DNA of 64,000 nucleotides, from the NCBI RefSeq assembly GCF_018350175.1, contig NC_058368.1, positions 53,198,001 through 53,262,000 of the forward strand, read 5' to 3'. A program made the translations under genes and the position numbers. Below the pieces are notes generated by a model that was not told the DNA's origin, ran no database searches, and saw nothing but the letters and a program-made list of their open reading frames with translations. Positions 13,266 through 24,322 of the stretch are shown piece after piece. The stretch is from Felis catus (taxonomy: Eukaryota). Position 1 is the stretch's first letter; the number at the start of each line of letters is the position of its first letter.

Positions 13266-13465
13266 GGGGCACCTGGGTGGCTCAGTCGGTTGGGTCTCAG
13301 ACTTTGGCTCAGGTCATGATCCCACAGTTCAGGACTCTGTGCTGACAGCTGAAACCCTGAAGCCTGCTTCCAGTTCTGTGTCTCCATCTTTCTGCCCCTC
13401 CCCTCCTCAGGCTCGCTCTCTCGCTCTCTCTCAAAAGTAAGTAAACATTTAAAAAAAATTTTAAA
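13266..13465 (+). mobile_element. CanSINE (internally deleted)
   Basis: Head and tail; TSD-like AAAGCCTCTT / AAAGCCTGTT. Confidence 0.93.
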
Positions 13466-15179
13466 TATAAAGCCTGTTGGACCATTTCCTTCCTTGGCTT
13501 GGCATGTAATATGGCTGTGCAAGGAGGCAAAGCAAATAGGGCAAGGGGACATCTCCTCTATGCAAGGCAGCAAGAGAATTAAATTGACTTTAATGACCCC
13601 CCCCTCCCAGGTGCCCCTCTTAATCCCTGAAAAAAAGAAACTCCCTTGAAACCAGGGTCTGTGTAAGTATTCCTTTACAAATTCTCAATTTCCTTGTTAA
13701 GCCTCTTAGTTCTCTTACTGTTTAGAATTCACAAAACGCATTTTGACACAAACATTTAAATTAGCACTACTTAACCAAGATTCTCTTAGCTCAATCTAGT
13801 TGGATATCCAGTAGCAAATAGCTGAACTACTTAGATTTTACAATTTGTAATCAGAAATAAACACCTTGATATGGATATCCAAATCTCAGGACCACATATA
13901 CATAATTTTTTCTTTCTAATGTAAATGATATATTTGATATATTTTTTATATAACTTAACTGTCAGTGAACTTGAACCCTGGATCACTCTTCAGTTCTTTT
14001 ATAAAATATTTTCAGCCTCTTTTCAGGGCAGGTGCTTTTCTATGGGCTGAGGGTTCAGAAATGAATAAACACTGAGTTAACCCAGCTTTCCTAGGTAGCA
14101 GAATAATCTGTCTCCTCTGCCCAAAGACATTCTACCAGAGAACTGACTTGCTTGCTCTTCGGGTTACATTTAGGTCTGCCAAACTCAGATAAGTTCAACT
14201 AGCTATAAACTAATTGTTATAAACTATTTTAATGTAAACAGAGTAAATTGAAAAACCCATTTATTCATACAAGTTCACTTTGGCAGTTTGATTCTGTTCA
14301 AACTGACATAAACAAAATTCCAAACTTTCACAGGCATTTCGACCTCATTCTCAGACTTGGTTAGCTTTGCAAAACAGCAACAATTATTAGATTTGCATAA
14401 ATCGTATTACCTAACATTTATTAAGCCCTAACAATGTGGCATGTTCTTAACATGGATTATGTTTCTTAAGCCTCATGATAACTATTAACATGATGAGAGA
14501 TTATCTCCAATTTCCAGATGGCAAATGTAGCAGGAATGAAACCAAGAATTTCTCACCAGGTCTAGCCCTTGACACGCTAGTGAAATAAATGAAATATCTC
14601 CTCACTCTTAAATATGTTTTAATTTAACATTTATTGAGTACCTACTATGTATAAATTACAGTGCTAAATTCTGGAACGATACAGTTCCTACCCCCAAAAG
14701 CAATTAAAAATTTAATAGAGCATATGACATGTACAGAAATAATATAAGGTATTAAATTAAGTTGGCAGAGGCAGCAATGGAAGGAGTCCTGGACATGAGC
14801 CAAGAATGGAGGTCCCACACGAGAACACCGTTATTGTGGTGGAGTGGGTGCTCGGGCACTCTTCATCCTCTGCCAGTGACAGGCTTAATGGTGTGTACCA
14901 CACCACTGAGAGTGTTGGACAAAAAAAGAGTGAGTGAGAAAGGTCCATCTTGAATCTCTCCCAGCAAGAAGGCCAGTAGAGGAGCATCCTTCCTCTGCAG
15001 CTATTCTGGGTCAGGCTTCAGCTCCCTCCCCCACATCCCTCATCTGCTCTCAGGTTCTCCCCATGGTAGTCCCATTTACTCAGACCACTCACACTGAGCT
15101 TCACTCTCCCACTGAGCACCCACGGGAGCAGGCTCTTTCCTGTGGAACCTGAGGAACCTTCCCCCACCACTTAACCTCT

Positions 15180-15525
15180 TGTCTTAGTCTGTTTAGGCTG
15201 CTAGGTTAGGGTTTGGGTGGCTTATTAGCAATGCACACTTATTTCTCACAGTCCTGGCCACCAGGGGAGCCCAAGATGAAAGTGTGGCATATTTGGCATC
15301 TGGCGAGACCCACTTTCTGGTTCATAGACCACGTGTTTTCGCTGTGTCCTTACATGGTGGAAGACGAAGGAACTCTCTGGGGCCTGTTTTATAAAGGTGC
15401 CGGTCCTGTTTTGGGGGGCTCCAACTTCATGACTTAATCACTTGCCAAAGGCCCCACCTCCAAATATCGTCACATTAGGGATTAGGTTTCAACATATGAA
15501 TTTGGGTACAACACAAACATTCAAT
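15180..15525 (-). mobile_element. MLT1A-type MaLR solo LTR
   Basis: TGTCTTAGTC...TTATTTCTCACAGT...GGCCCCACCTCC...GGATTAGGTTTCAACATATGAATTT; clearly homologous (reverse complement) to 59751-60109. Confidence 0.85.
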
Positions 15526-17004
15526 CTTCTTTTTTTTTAATGGATCCTTCCCTTATTATAAAAGTAAGGTGTGCATATTTTTAAATTTCAAATTATTCAA
15601 AAGGAGAGGAAGAAAAATACAGACTATGTTGTTTCCCACCCTCCAGCCGCCCAGGACTAACGGGCCTCTAGGCACTGGTCCCTTGAGCTTCTTCTCTTTA
15701 TACACAAGGACACCCACATCCACACACACCTTCACACATACACACACGCACACACACCACACACGCTTACATAGTACAGTCACTTCAGACAACTGACGGG
15801 AGACCCAGAGTCCTGCACCACCAGAGATGCAGCAAGTATTGTCACAGAGGCCTCAGAAAAGGACATCTAAGTCCTAAGAGAGCGGACGGTTCGAAAAAGG
15901 TTAATCTCCTGTCCAAGGGCAGTATCTGACTCACAGCGAAGCATTCACAGTATGGGTGCCAAAACTTGTGGTAACAGAAGAAGGGTTGTCTGCTGAGAAC
16001 TTCTCCTCAGTGGAACCAGCACTATGAGGACACAGAAGGCATTTTATGCCCCGGCTTCCCTCAGTGGGCACCAGTCTCAGAGATGGCATTGCTGGGGGCT
16101 ATAGGGACAGGGTAGCCATGCATAGTTTCCCAGGAAATAGGAACATTATTGAAGCGAGCCAGGTCGAGAGAGGAGGAAAATGCTGGACACGTTCGTGGGT
16201 AAAAACTACAGTACCTGAAACACTCCCTGAGGACTCTAGGATTGCTGGAAAGAAATTTGCCATGAGTGTTAGGTCCCTCAGAACGCACTGGGACAGATTT
16301 TGAAAAAATGACTGCTTTGTAGCTGTTCTTCTGACTCTCAGGATTCTGATGTGGGAAATGTGGGCGACACAGCAATACAAATCGAGCACTCCTGACAGGG
16401 CAGATAAGACCTGGAATCTGAGATTGCCAAGACCCTGACATCAGCGGGCTGCAGAGAAGATACCTCCCCACTGTTCTCTGCAGCTGACACCAGATAGCAT
16501 AAAGAGACAGCCAGCCCCAAAGAGTCAAAAACAAGAGCTGCAATCAAACAATCTGGGGGATACAGACGTTTTCCCTGAGGCAAGTCACAAGATACTCTAT
16601 AACAGAATACAGCTGCTTAAATAAACCATCCTCATTGCAAAATCTCTCCACTGGCAGAGTTCTAGAGTGTGAACCATGCAAGTTTTCAAATAAATCCATG
16701 CCAAAAATATATTTTTTTCCTGTCTTGTTTTTTAAAACAACAAAAAAGGGTAGGAATGCAAATTGTACTAAATACTGGCTGATTACCAAGAGTGACTCCG
16801 GTATGAGCTGGGGAAAACACGTGCAATTAGGAGACAAGGGGAGAGACCAGACTATATCTTGGGATACAGTATCACAAAATGAGGCATCATTCCTATTCTA
16901 CAAAATACAACTCTTCCAGGAGATAAAACATAATTTGCTGAAACATGTTTGTAAATGTTTTTAATAATCTGATTGACATTTGTTTTAAAATTATATCCAT
17001 TTTC

Positions 17005-17546
17005 GGAACTGGAGAGTGTGATGCTAAGTGAAATAAGCCATACAGAGAAAGACAGATACCATATGGTTTCACTCTTATGTGGATCCTGAGAAACTTAACA
17101 GGAAACCATGGGGGAGGGGAAGGAAAAAAAAAAAAAAAAAAAGAGGTTAGAGTGGGAGAGAGCCAAAGCATAAGAGACTGTTAAAAACTGAGAACAAACT
17201 GAGGGTTGTTGGGGGGTGGGAGGGAGGAGAGGGTGGGCACCTTTTGGGATGAGCACTGGGTGTTGTATGGAAACCAATTTGTCAATAAATTTCATATATT
17301 ATTTTTTTTTAATTTTTTTTCAACGTTTTATTTATTTTTGGGACAGAGAGAGACAGAGCATGAACGGGGGAGAGGCAGAGAGAGAGGGAGACACAGCATC
17401 GGAAACAGGCTCCAGGCTCTGAGCCATCAGCCCAGAGCCCAACGCGGGGCTCGAACTCACGGACCGCGAGATCGTGACCTGGCTGAAGTCGGACGCTTAA
17501 CCGACTGCGCCACCCAGGCGCCCCTAAATTTCATATATTAAAAAAA
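17005..17546 (+). mobile_element. Short 5'-truncated felid L1 3' end with nested SINE
   Basis: L1 3'UTR sequence; perfect 18-bp TSD AAAATTATATCCATTTTC (16987-17004, 17547-17564). Confidence 0.93.
17302..17524 (-). mobile_element. Young felid CanSINE
   Basis: CpG-rich head; perfect 16-bp TSD TAAATTTCATATATTA (17286-17301, 17525-17540). Confidence 0.97.
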
Positions 17547-18212
17547 AAAATTATATCCATTTTCTACTCTTGCTTCCGGTAAATTTTTACTTTTAGTTCC
17601 ATAAAACAGTAGCTTGCTTCCTTTTTTAAATAATTCAGTTCATGATTTCTATCTTGATGTTTGCTGAGAGGTTCAAGATAGAAATGTTGAATCTAAATAA
17701 AAAAGAAAACTGAAAACAAATCTTAGAATGAACCAGAAATTCAGAGTAATAAGGGTATATACAGTCAGGGAAAAAAAATTCTCATTAGCCAGAGAAATCC
17801 TGCATGAGTAAAAAATTAACAGGCATCTCCTTTGGTCTTCTGTTCTCTGATGTCCTCGAGAGTGTCAGACTCACCTTGGTATGACATGACCGCACAGAGC
17901 CTCTTCTGTCATGGACTTATGCCCTTTGGTTTCAAATAAGTGCTGTTTTCTGGAGACTTTTACTCCTTTTCTGGCCATCATCCCAGAAGTATTGATCAGC
18001 TTAGTGCCATTGCCCTATTCTGCCTCAGAATGGCGCCGGAGTTATCTCTTAAAACCCAAATTTCATCATGCCACTACTGCTTAAACCTCTGTGGTCATTC
18101 CCTATCATCTCCCAGTAACAATGCTCAATGTCCTTAAAAAGTCTAAAAGAATCTTTATAATCTAGATGCTGCCAAGCTTCCAGTTTCCAATGAACAAACT
18201 GAGAACCAGTCT

Positions 18213-18243
<31 letters not shown>

Positions 18244-18409
18244 CAACTCACAAAAGGTCACCAACTGGTGATGGAACTGGGCTGGGTTTCAAAAATTGAA
18301 TTTCCCCTCCCAGAACTTCTGCACTGCCCCCGGTGAAAATGGAAAGTTAGCCTTTTCAGTTTTATTTAGAAAAAAAAAAAATAGGAATCACACACTATTT
18401 CTAGCATAT

Positions 18410-18493
18410 TACAGTAATCTTTCCTTATCCATGAGGGATTCGATCAAAGACTCCCCAGTCTTACCATATACTGTAATAAAAGTTACATGAATG

Positions 18494-18547
<54 letters not shown>

Positions 18548-18795
18548 CCCACGCGCACACCCTTTCTCTCTCAAAATATCTTACTGTACTGCACTCACCC
18601 TTCTTCTTGTGACGATGTGAGATGATAAAATGCCTACGTGATGAGATGAAGACAATGACACAGGCACTAGGACGAAGCATTAGGCTACTACTGACCTGAT
18701 GATTCATCAGAAGGAGGGTCATCTGCTTCTGGACCGAGCTTCACGCAGGTGACGAAACTGCCGGAAGCAAAACTGCATGTGAGTGGGCACCACTG
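18410..18795 (-). mobile_element. MER44-like (Tigger7-derived) DNA transposon with internal (CT)n
   Basis: TACTGTAATAAAAGTTACATGAATGTGG...TCAAAATATCTTACTGTACTGCACTCACCCTTCTTCTTGTGACGATGTGAGATGATAAAATGCCT is the reverse complement of the recalled MER44 consensus; TA-CAGTA terminus. Confidence 0.8.
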
Positions 18796-19777
18796 GAGAT
18801 ATTTGAAAACTTCGGGAGGGTTGAGCTAGCCCTCTAATGACGATGCTCAGAAAGTTATTCCAACACATTTGAAAATGATTTAAACTACTTTTTTTTGTTT
18901 TGTTTCTTTCATCTGGTATACTTTAATATTGTCTTGTTTGCTTAATCCCAACATGACTAACTAGTCTCTTTTTACTGTTTTTTATGAGGCGGCATTTCCT
19001 AGATCATGATTATCACACTGACTCTGGAATTTCACTACGTTAAGGGGCCCACCCTCCCCCCGCCCCAGAAAAGGTCTAGGTTGTGTTTTTCATCTTTTGA
19101 GGTCATCAGACCCTCAGCAGTAAAAGAACTCTATGCGAGCCCTCCTTTCTGCTTTTTTCTCCTATTGTTCTAAGAATTTCCTCTCCAAACTGTGGCCTCC
19201 AGCTCTGATCACTCCTACAAAGATATTGAAAGACCCAAAGCCCAACCATCCCTACACTGTACTCAGTGAAACCTGGGGTCCAGAGTCAACCATAGAATAA
19301 TACTGGATTCACTGGCCCTTTGCCTCTACAGTGACGTCCCTTGTTCTGCGGGTGGCAGTTGTCCCATAGGCAACCAGAGCTGCTGTCTGTCTGTCGCGGT
19401 GTCTCTTGATGTGGCCAGAACCTGGAAACCCTCAGCAAACAATTCGGCCCTGACATGGAGGCCCTTTGGCTCTGCAGCCCTGTCCGTGAGCACCTGATCC
19501 TGCACTGGAGACCTTCTTAAGAATGTAGCTCTAACATTCTTGCAGGCTTAGCTCGCCAATAGGGGCTATTTGTTCCCATTTTACACCTATTCATAGATAC
19601 ATACTATTTTAACTTTTAGTCAAAAGAATTTTATTTTGAAATAATTTTAAAAGAACTATTTGACAATGACATCAAAATAATAAAACCAATTTATCATTCG
19701 ATAAAATCTTTTTCAAAATATTCTATAATTTAAATTATTTTAGCACCCCTTTTCAGTCTCAAAAGTGTCCCAGTTTG

Positions 19778-19971
19778 TGATGGTTACCAGAGGGAGGTGG
19801 GGAGGGATGGGTTAAATAGGCAATGGGGATTAAGGAGGGCACTTGTTGTGATGAACACCGGGGGATGTATGAAAGGTTTGAATCACTATATTGAACACCT
19901 GAAACTAACATTATACTCTATGTTAACTAACTGGAACTTAAAAACTTTTTAAAAATTAAATGTAATTTTTT
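19778..19971 (+). mobile_element. Very short L1 3'UTR insertion
   Basis: TGATGGTTACCAGAGGGAGG...CACCTGAAACTAACATTATACTCTATGTTAACTAACTGGA; same family as the 9240-9640 3'UTR. Confidence 0.9.
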
Positions 19972-19987
19972 TAAAAGTGTCACTGTT

Positions 19988-20214
19988 GGGGCGCCTGGGT
20001 GGCGTAGTCGGTTAAGCGTCCGACTTCAGCCAGGTCATGATCTCGCGGTCCGTGAGTTCGAGCCCCGCGTTGGGCTCTGGGCTGATGGCTCAGAGCCTGG
20101 AGCCTGTTTCCGATGCTGTGTCTCCCTCTCTCTCTGCCCCTCCCCCGTTCATGCTCTGTCTCTCTCTGTCCCAAAATAAATAAAAAACGTTGAAAAAAAA
20201 ATTTTTTTTTTAAA
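19988..20214 (+). mobile_element. Young felid CanSINE
   Basis: Perfect 16-bp TSD TAAAAGTGTCACTGTT (19972-19987, 20215-20230). Confidence 0.97.
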
Positions 20215-22338
20215 TAAAAGTGTCACTGTTTGGACATTAAGTTACATGGTTGCCTCACTTGATGATGTGGGATGAGAAGGAGCAGAGTCCCAAATCCACA
20301 TCAAGAGTGGTGTTACCAGGTCATTGCATAGTGAACCAAGAGCCCTTAATGGCACCACACTCCAGTAACACTCAGCCACAGCAAACAACCTGCACAGTGT
20401 CCAGGCAGAAGGTAGCGCTTTCTTGGCTGCTTTTGGGTCCCAGGGATATAGATGGTGCCCAATGTGCCCCAAATACCTCCAACTAGCTGTGTGTTTGGAT
20501 GGGGGTTGCCTGAGGAAAAGATGGGGCCAGGACATGCATGGAAGACTTTCAGGTCCTGGCCAAGGAAGAGAGACGAGGTCATATAGACAGCAGCCTGGAT
20601 GGGCAGCGGGGCAGCAGCTACATGTAAGACAAGGGACAGTGCCACAGGACAGAGCAGCTATGGAATAGGCCAAGGGCTTTGCAGGAAATGCCAAGGGCTC
20701 CTCACCCACATCAGGAGATATTCTAAGTTCCCAGAACAGATACTATCTTGGGGTAGAGGAAGAATGAGAGCAAGCATAAAGAAACGAGCTATTTAAACTA
20801 TATCTAACAGGATTTAAACTAGTTTAGACCTTTAGTTACCTTCTACCTTCTAGACCAGACTACTTATTTTTCTGGGCACATCTGAATATAATGCATGCAA
20901 ATTTGCAACCCTACTATGCAAGTGGGCTTTGGCAAATGTATTTAACTTCTGAAGCTGCTGCTTCCGAATGAGATTAATCAGTTGGCTCTTCTGGGTGATA
21001 CCAGCTTTAGATCAGAGAATTTCTTCCAGTTGTCACTCAGAAAAGTTAGATTTCTTGAGGTCTATGAGTAGTAAGATAAAGGGTAGAAGAGAGAGGGAAG
21101 GGACTCTAGGGAGATTAAATAATGGGAGAAAAGTATTAAAGGAGAGGTAAAAGAAACTGTCTCTATGTTTCCTTAGTGTTAGTCCTGCTGAATATTAACA
21201 AAGGCGGTCTTTTCAATTACAACATGTTACAAATGTGAAACTGGGCACTGAGGAAACAATCTGAAATGCTTCCAAACACTGAGTAGTAAGAGCTCTCAGA
21301 GGCAGAGTCTATGGGCCCAGATACCTTCAGGGATTACTGCGTGGGCTGTGTTGGTTTTGTGCCGGAACACAAAAGATATCCTGCACCCAAGAGTCTTGAG
21401 GAGTTTAGAAACTTTAGATCCTACATATCACTGTCTCAGGTGTAAAATTACCATGCCCTACGCCTGATCTCTCTGTGGCGCTCTCGCTCTGATGACACTG
21501 TGGGAAATATGAGAGACACGTGGTAATCTGTTTGGGGAATAAGGGAAAGGTGTTGGAAAAACAGAAAACGTATTCCCTGGGAAACTATTTGAGTTCCACT
21601 AAGCAGAAAAATGTACAAGCTCACTCCTAATTCACTCTGAAGTAGTGTGTTTCAATTCCCTTGTAAAATACAGAAACACAAAATCGGAATGTGTGTCCCA
21701 GCAAGAGCTCTCTTTTGAGAGCTTAGGCCAAAGAGAGCAAAATTTACCCAACTGCCATATGCCATAAATCATAGTTCTACAAAACACATAGTTCCTGCCT
21801 GCCGATTTTTTCCCCAAAAGAAACAGTATTATTGTGCTTTCTCCACAAAACTAAAATACTATGAAAATTTTTAAAGAAAACAGAAACAAAAAACATTCAC
21901 CCATCTGCCCTTTGGTTCCACGCCTTACTTAATTCATCTCTATCCTCATCATCCTCACTCTCATCCAAGCTGGAAATCTCAACATTGCCTTTTGCTCATA
22001 CCTCTCCTGGACCCTCACCACCTGACTATTCTCCCAGACGGTCTTTCTTCTGTTCCTATTGCCACTTCCCGAGGGGACTTGGTTGGGATCTCACCCAGCT
22101 GTCTGCCTCTCTTGAGCTGCCCTTTTCTTCATTCTTAGCCTCTCCCCAGGAAAATCTCTCCTCTTTCCTCCTTTCTGTAAACTGCCCATGGGGCAACCTT
22201 CCCCACACACAGCTCAGTTAAGTCTCTCCTCGGCAACAAATCTTGACATCCTCCTGTGCGAGAACAACAAACACCACAGAAGCATTTAATGGTCTCCATG
22301 ACCTGCCCCCAATTCCGTGTGCTATTTGTTTCTTGCCA

Positions 22339-22346
22339 TATATATG

Positions 22347-22404
<58 letters not shown>

Positions 22405-22406
22405 TA
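22339..22406. repeat. (TATACA)n hexamer microsatellite (SINE tail)
   Basis: Visible. Confidence 0.9.
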
Positions 22407-22590
22407 GGGAGAGAGATAAAGAGAAAGCACACAAGCAAAGGGAGAGGGGCAGAGGAAGAGAAAGAATCTTAAGCAGTCTCCACACTCAGTGAAGAGCCTG
22501 ATGTGGGACTCAATCCCACAACCCTGGAATCACGACCTGAACCAAAATCAAGAGTTGGACACTCAACATACTGAGCCACCCAGGTATCCT
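22407..22590 (-). mobile_element. CanSINE (older)
   Basis: Antisense ...AATCAAGAGTTGGACACTCAACATACTGAGCCACCCAGGTATCC. Confidence 0.9.
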
Positions 22591-23172
22591 GATTCTCCTA
22601 TACCTTTTTCAATCACCTTCTGCCACAGTGATATCAGACTATAAGTATTTATTCAAATACCTTCCTACTTCTAGTGTTTGCACTGAATTCTTCTTTCTAG
22701 AATGTTCTTCACCCCACCTTTCAGCCCCAAACACTTACTGAAATCTTACCCATATGGCAAAACTCAGCTCCAAGAAACCTCCTTCATGATCCTTTCGTGA
22801 CTTCTGTGATTAAAATTAATGTACCCCTTTCCCACACCTTCATATGTCTGGGCCTTCCCATCAACACTTACCACTTTGTACCCTATACTACAGATATTTG
22901 GGCTCCCTTGTCTTTCTCATTAGACTATAAGCTGCTTGAGTGCAGAGATGTGTCCCAGCAATGTTTGTGGAGTAGAATCTACTAGGTCTTGTGCTGGTCA
23001 AAGCTAACTTCACCATCACTATCATGTAAAGAAGTAAAATGAACTTGTTCTTTATTAACAGGCTCATGTCTACCTCAGAGATGTACAAATTACATTTTTC
23101 TAAAGGGGTCACATCTTTGGTGAAGTTATTCATATAACTGTAATTAACAATGTGCTTAAATGCCCTAATTTC

Positions 23173-23174
<2 letters not shown>

Positions 23175-23224
<50 letters not shown>
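23175..23224. repeat. (TA)n microsatellite
   Basis: Visible. Confidence 0.95.
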
Positions 23225-23228
<4 letters not shown>

Positions 23229-23334
23229 GAGAGATAGAGAGAGATTCAAAGTTAAACCAGAAATACAACATGTTATCCTTTATTATAGGAAATTACAGGA
23301 AGAAGTTAATGTGTCTGAACAAGACAAGGTGCTT

Positions 23335-23500
23335 GAAGTCAAAAAAGATTTCAGTTTGAATCTTGCCTCCTCTACTGTGAGCTGCCCGATCTTAGTCAAG
23401 GCCCTAAACTTGAGCCTCAGTTTTCTAGTCTGTAAAATAGGGAAGAAAATGCCTACCTACCTCTTCTAAATAATAGATGTAATAGTACTTTCTGAACTGC
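23335..23500 (+). mobile_element. MIR
   Basis: TTTGAATCTTGCCTCC...TGAGCCTCAGTTTTCTAGTCTGTAAAATAGGG core. Confidence 0.7.
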
Positions 23501-23585
23501 AAGTTTATTAACAAAGAATATATATTAGTATTATCCTGACTAAAAGACTTAACCGAAGAACATACTTCAGTGGTACTACTGTTCA

Positions 23586-23785
23586 GGGGCACCTGGGTGG
23601 CTTAGTCGGTTAAGCATCCAGCTTCAGCTCACAGGTCGTGGGTTCCAGCCCCATGTCGGGCTCTGTGCTGACAGCTCAGAGCCTGGAGCCTGCTCCGGAT
23701 TCTGTGTCTCCGGCTGTCTCTGCCCCTCCCCCCTTACTCTGTCTCTGTCTCTCTCTTAAAAATAAACATTAAAAAGTTTTTTTTA
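23586..23785 (+). mobile_element. CanSINE
   Basis: Head and tail; TSD TACTACTGTT. Confidence 0.93.
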
Positions 23786-24101
23786 ATGTTACTACTGTTT
23801 TAAGAGGCTGGCTGGTACCACTTGCAAAGGCAGTGTTTTATCTAGATGACTCGCATTCTGCATTGTTATTCCAGGCTGGTTGGTAACTCCTAACAGAGGA
23901 ATTTATGCAGAGCCAAGGGCATTTCACATCACAGTCTGCAGACATAGATTGATTTGCCTCTCCTGACTTTTCCAAAGTCACATAAGCTATCCCAAGAATA
24001 CCTAACATGTGACTTAATTCTGTTTCTACAAATCTAGTCTGCTGTTTTTTCAAAACACAGAAGGACACATAAGCCTCCTGCTTACAAATTCTATAAGTAT
24101 T

Positions 24102-24322
24102 GGGGCACCTGGGTGGCTCAGTCGGTTGAGCGTCCAACTTTGCCTCAGGTCAGGATCTCGCAGTTCGTGAGTTTGAGACCTGTGTCAGGCTCCGTGCTGA
24201 CAGCTCAGAGCCTGGAGCCTGTTTCAGATTCTGTGTCTCCCTCTCTCTGCCCCTTACCCGTGCATTCTGTCTCTCTCTGTCTCTCAAAAATGAATAAACG
24301 TTAAAAAAAAATCTAAAAAAAA
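24102..24322 (+). mobile_element. CanSINE
   Basis: Head and tail; TSD AAATTCTATAAGT / AAATTCTACAAGT. Confidence 0.95.

Larger units (their letters stand above)
19650..20256 (-). mobile_element. hAT-Blackjack/MER94-like DNA transposon end, split by L1 and SINE insertions
   Basis: GCACCCCTTTTCAGTCTCAAAAGTGTCCCAGTTTG...GACATTAAGTTACATGGTTGCCT resembles the recalled MER94/BLACKJACK terminus. Confidence 0.55.

Noticed and set aside
15255..15272. CTCF-like TGGCCACCAGGGGAGCCC within the MLT1A LTR
   Set aside because: Lacks the GGC core positions of CCASYAGRKGGCRS; not supportable without ChIP data
16061..16543. 160-aa minus-strand ORF
   Set aside because: No recognisable domain, non-ATG start in the track, no supporting splice structure; this length is attainable by chance
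19980..20174. Recurrent peptides GQRETEHERGRGRERGRH and MAQSVERPTSAQVMIS that look like a gene family
   Set aside because: These are antisense and sense translations of CanSINEs
20242..20709. 155-aa minus-strand ORF
   Set aside because: No recognisable homology; Cys/Pro/Trp-rich composition typical of random GC-rich frames
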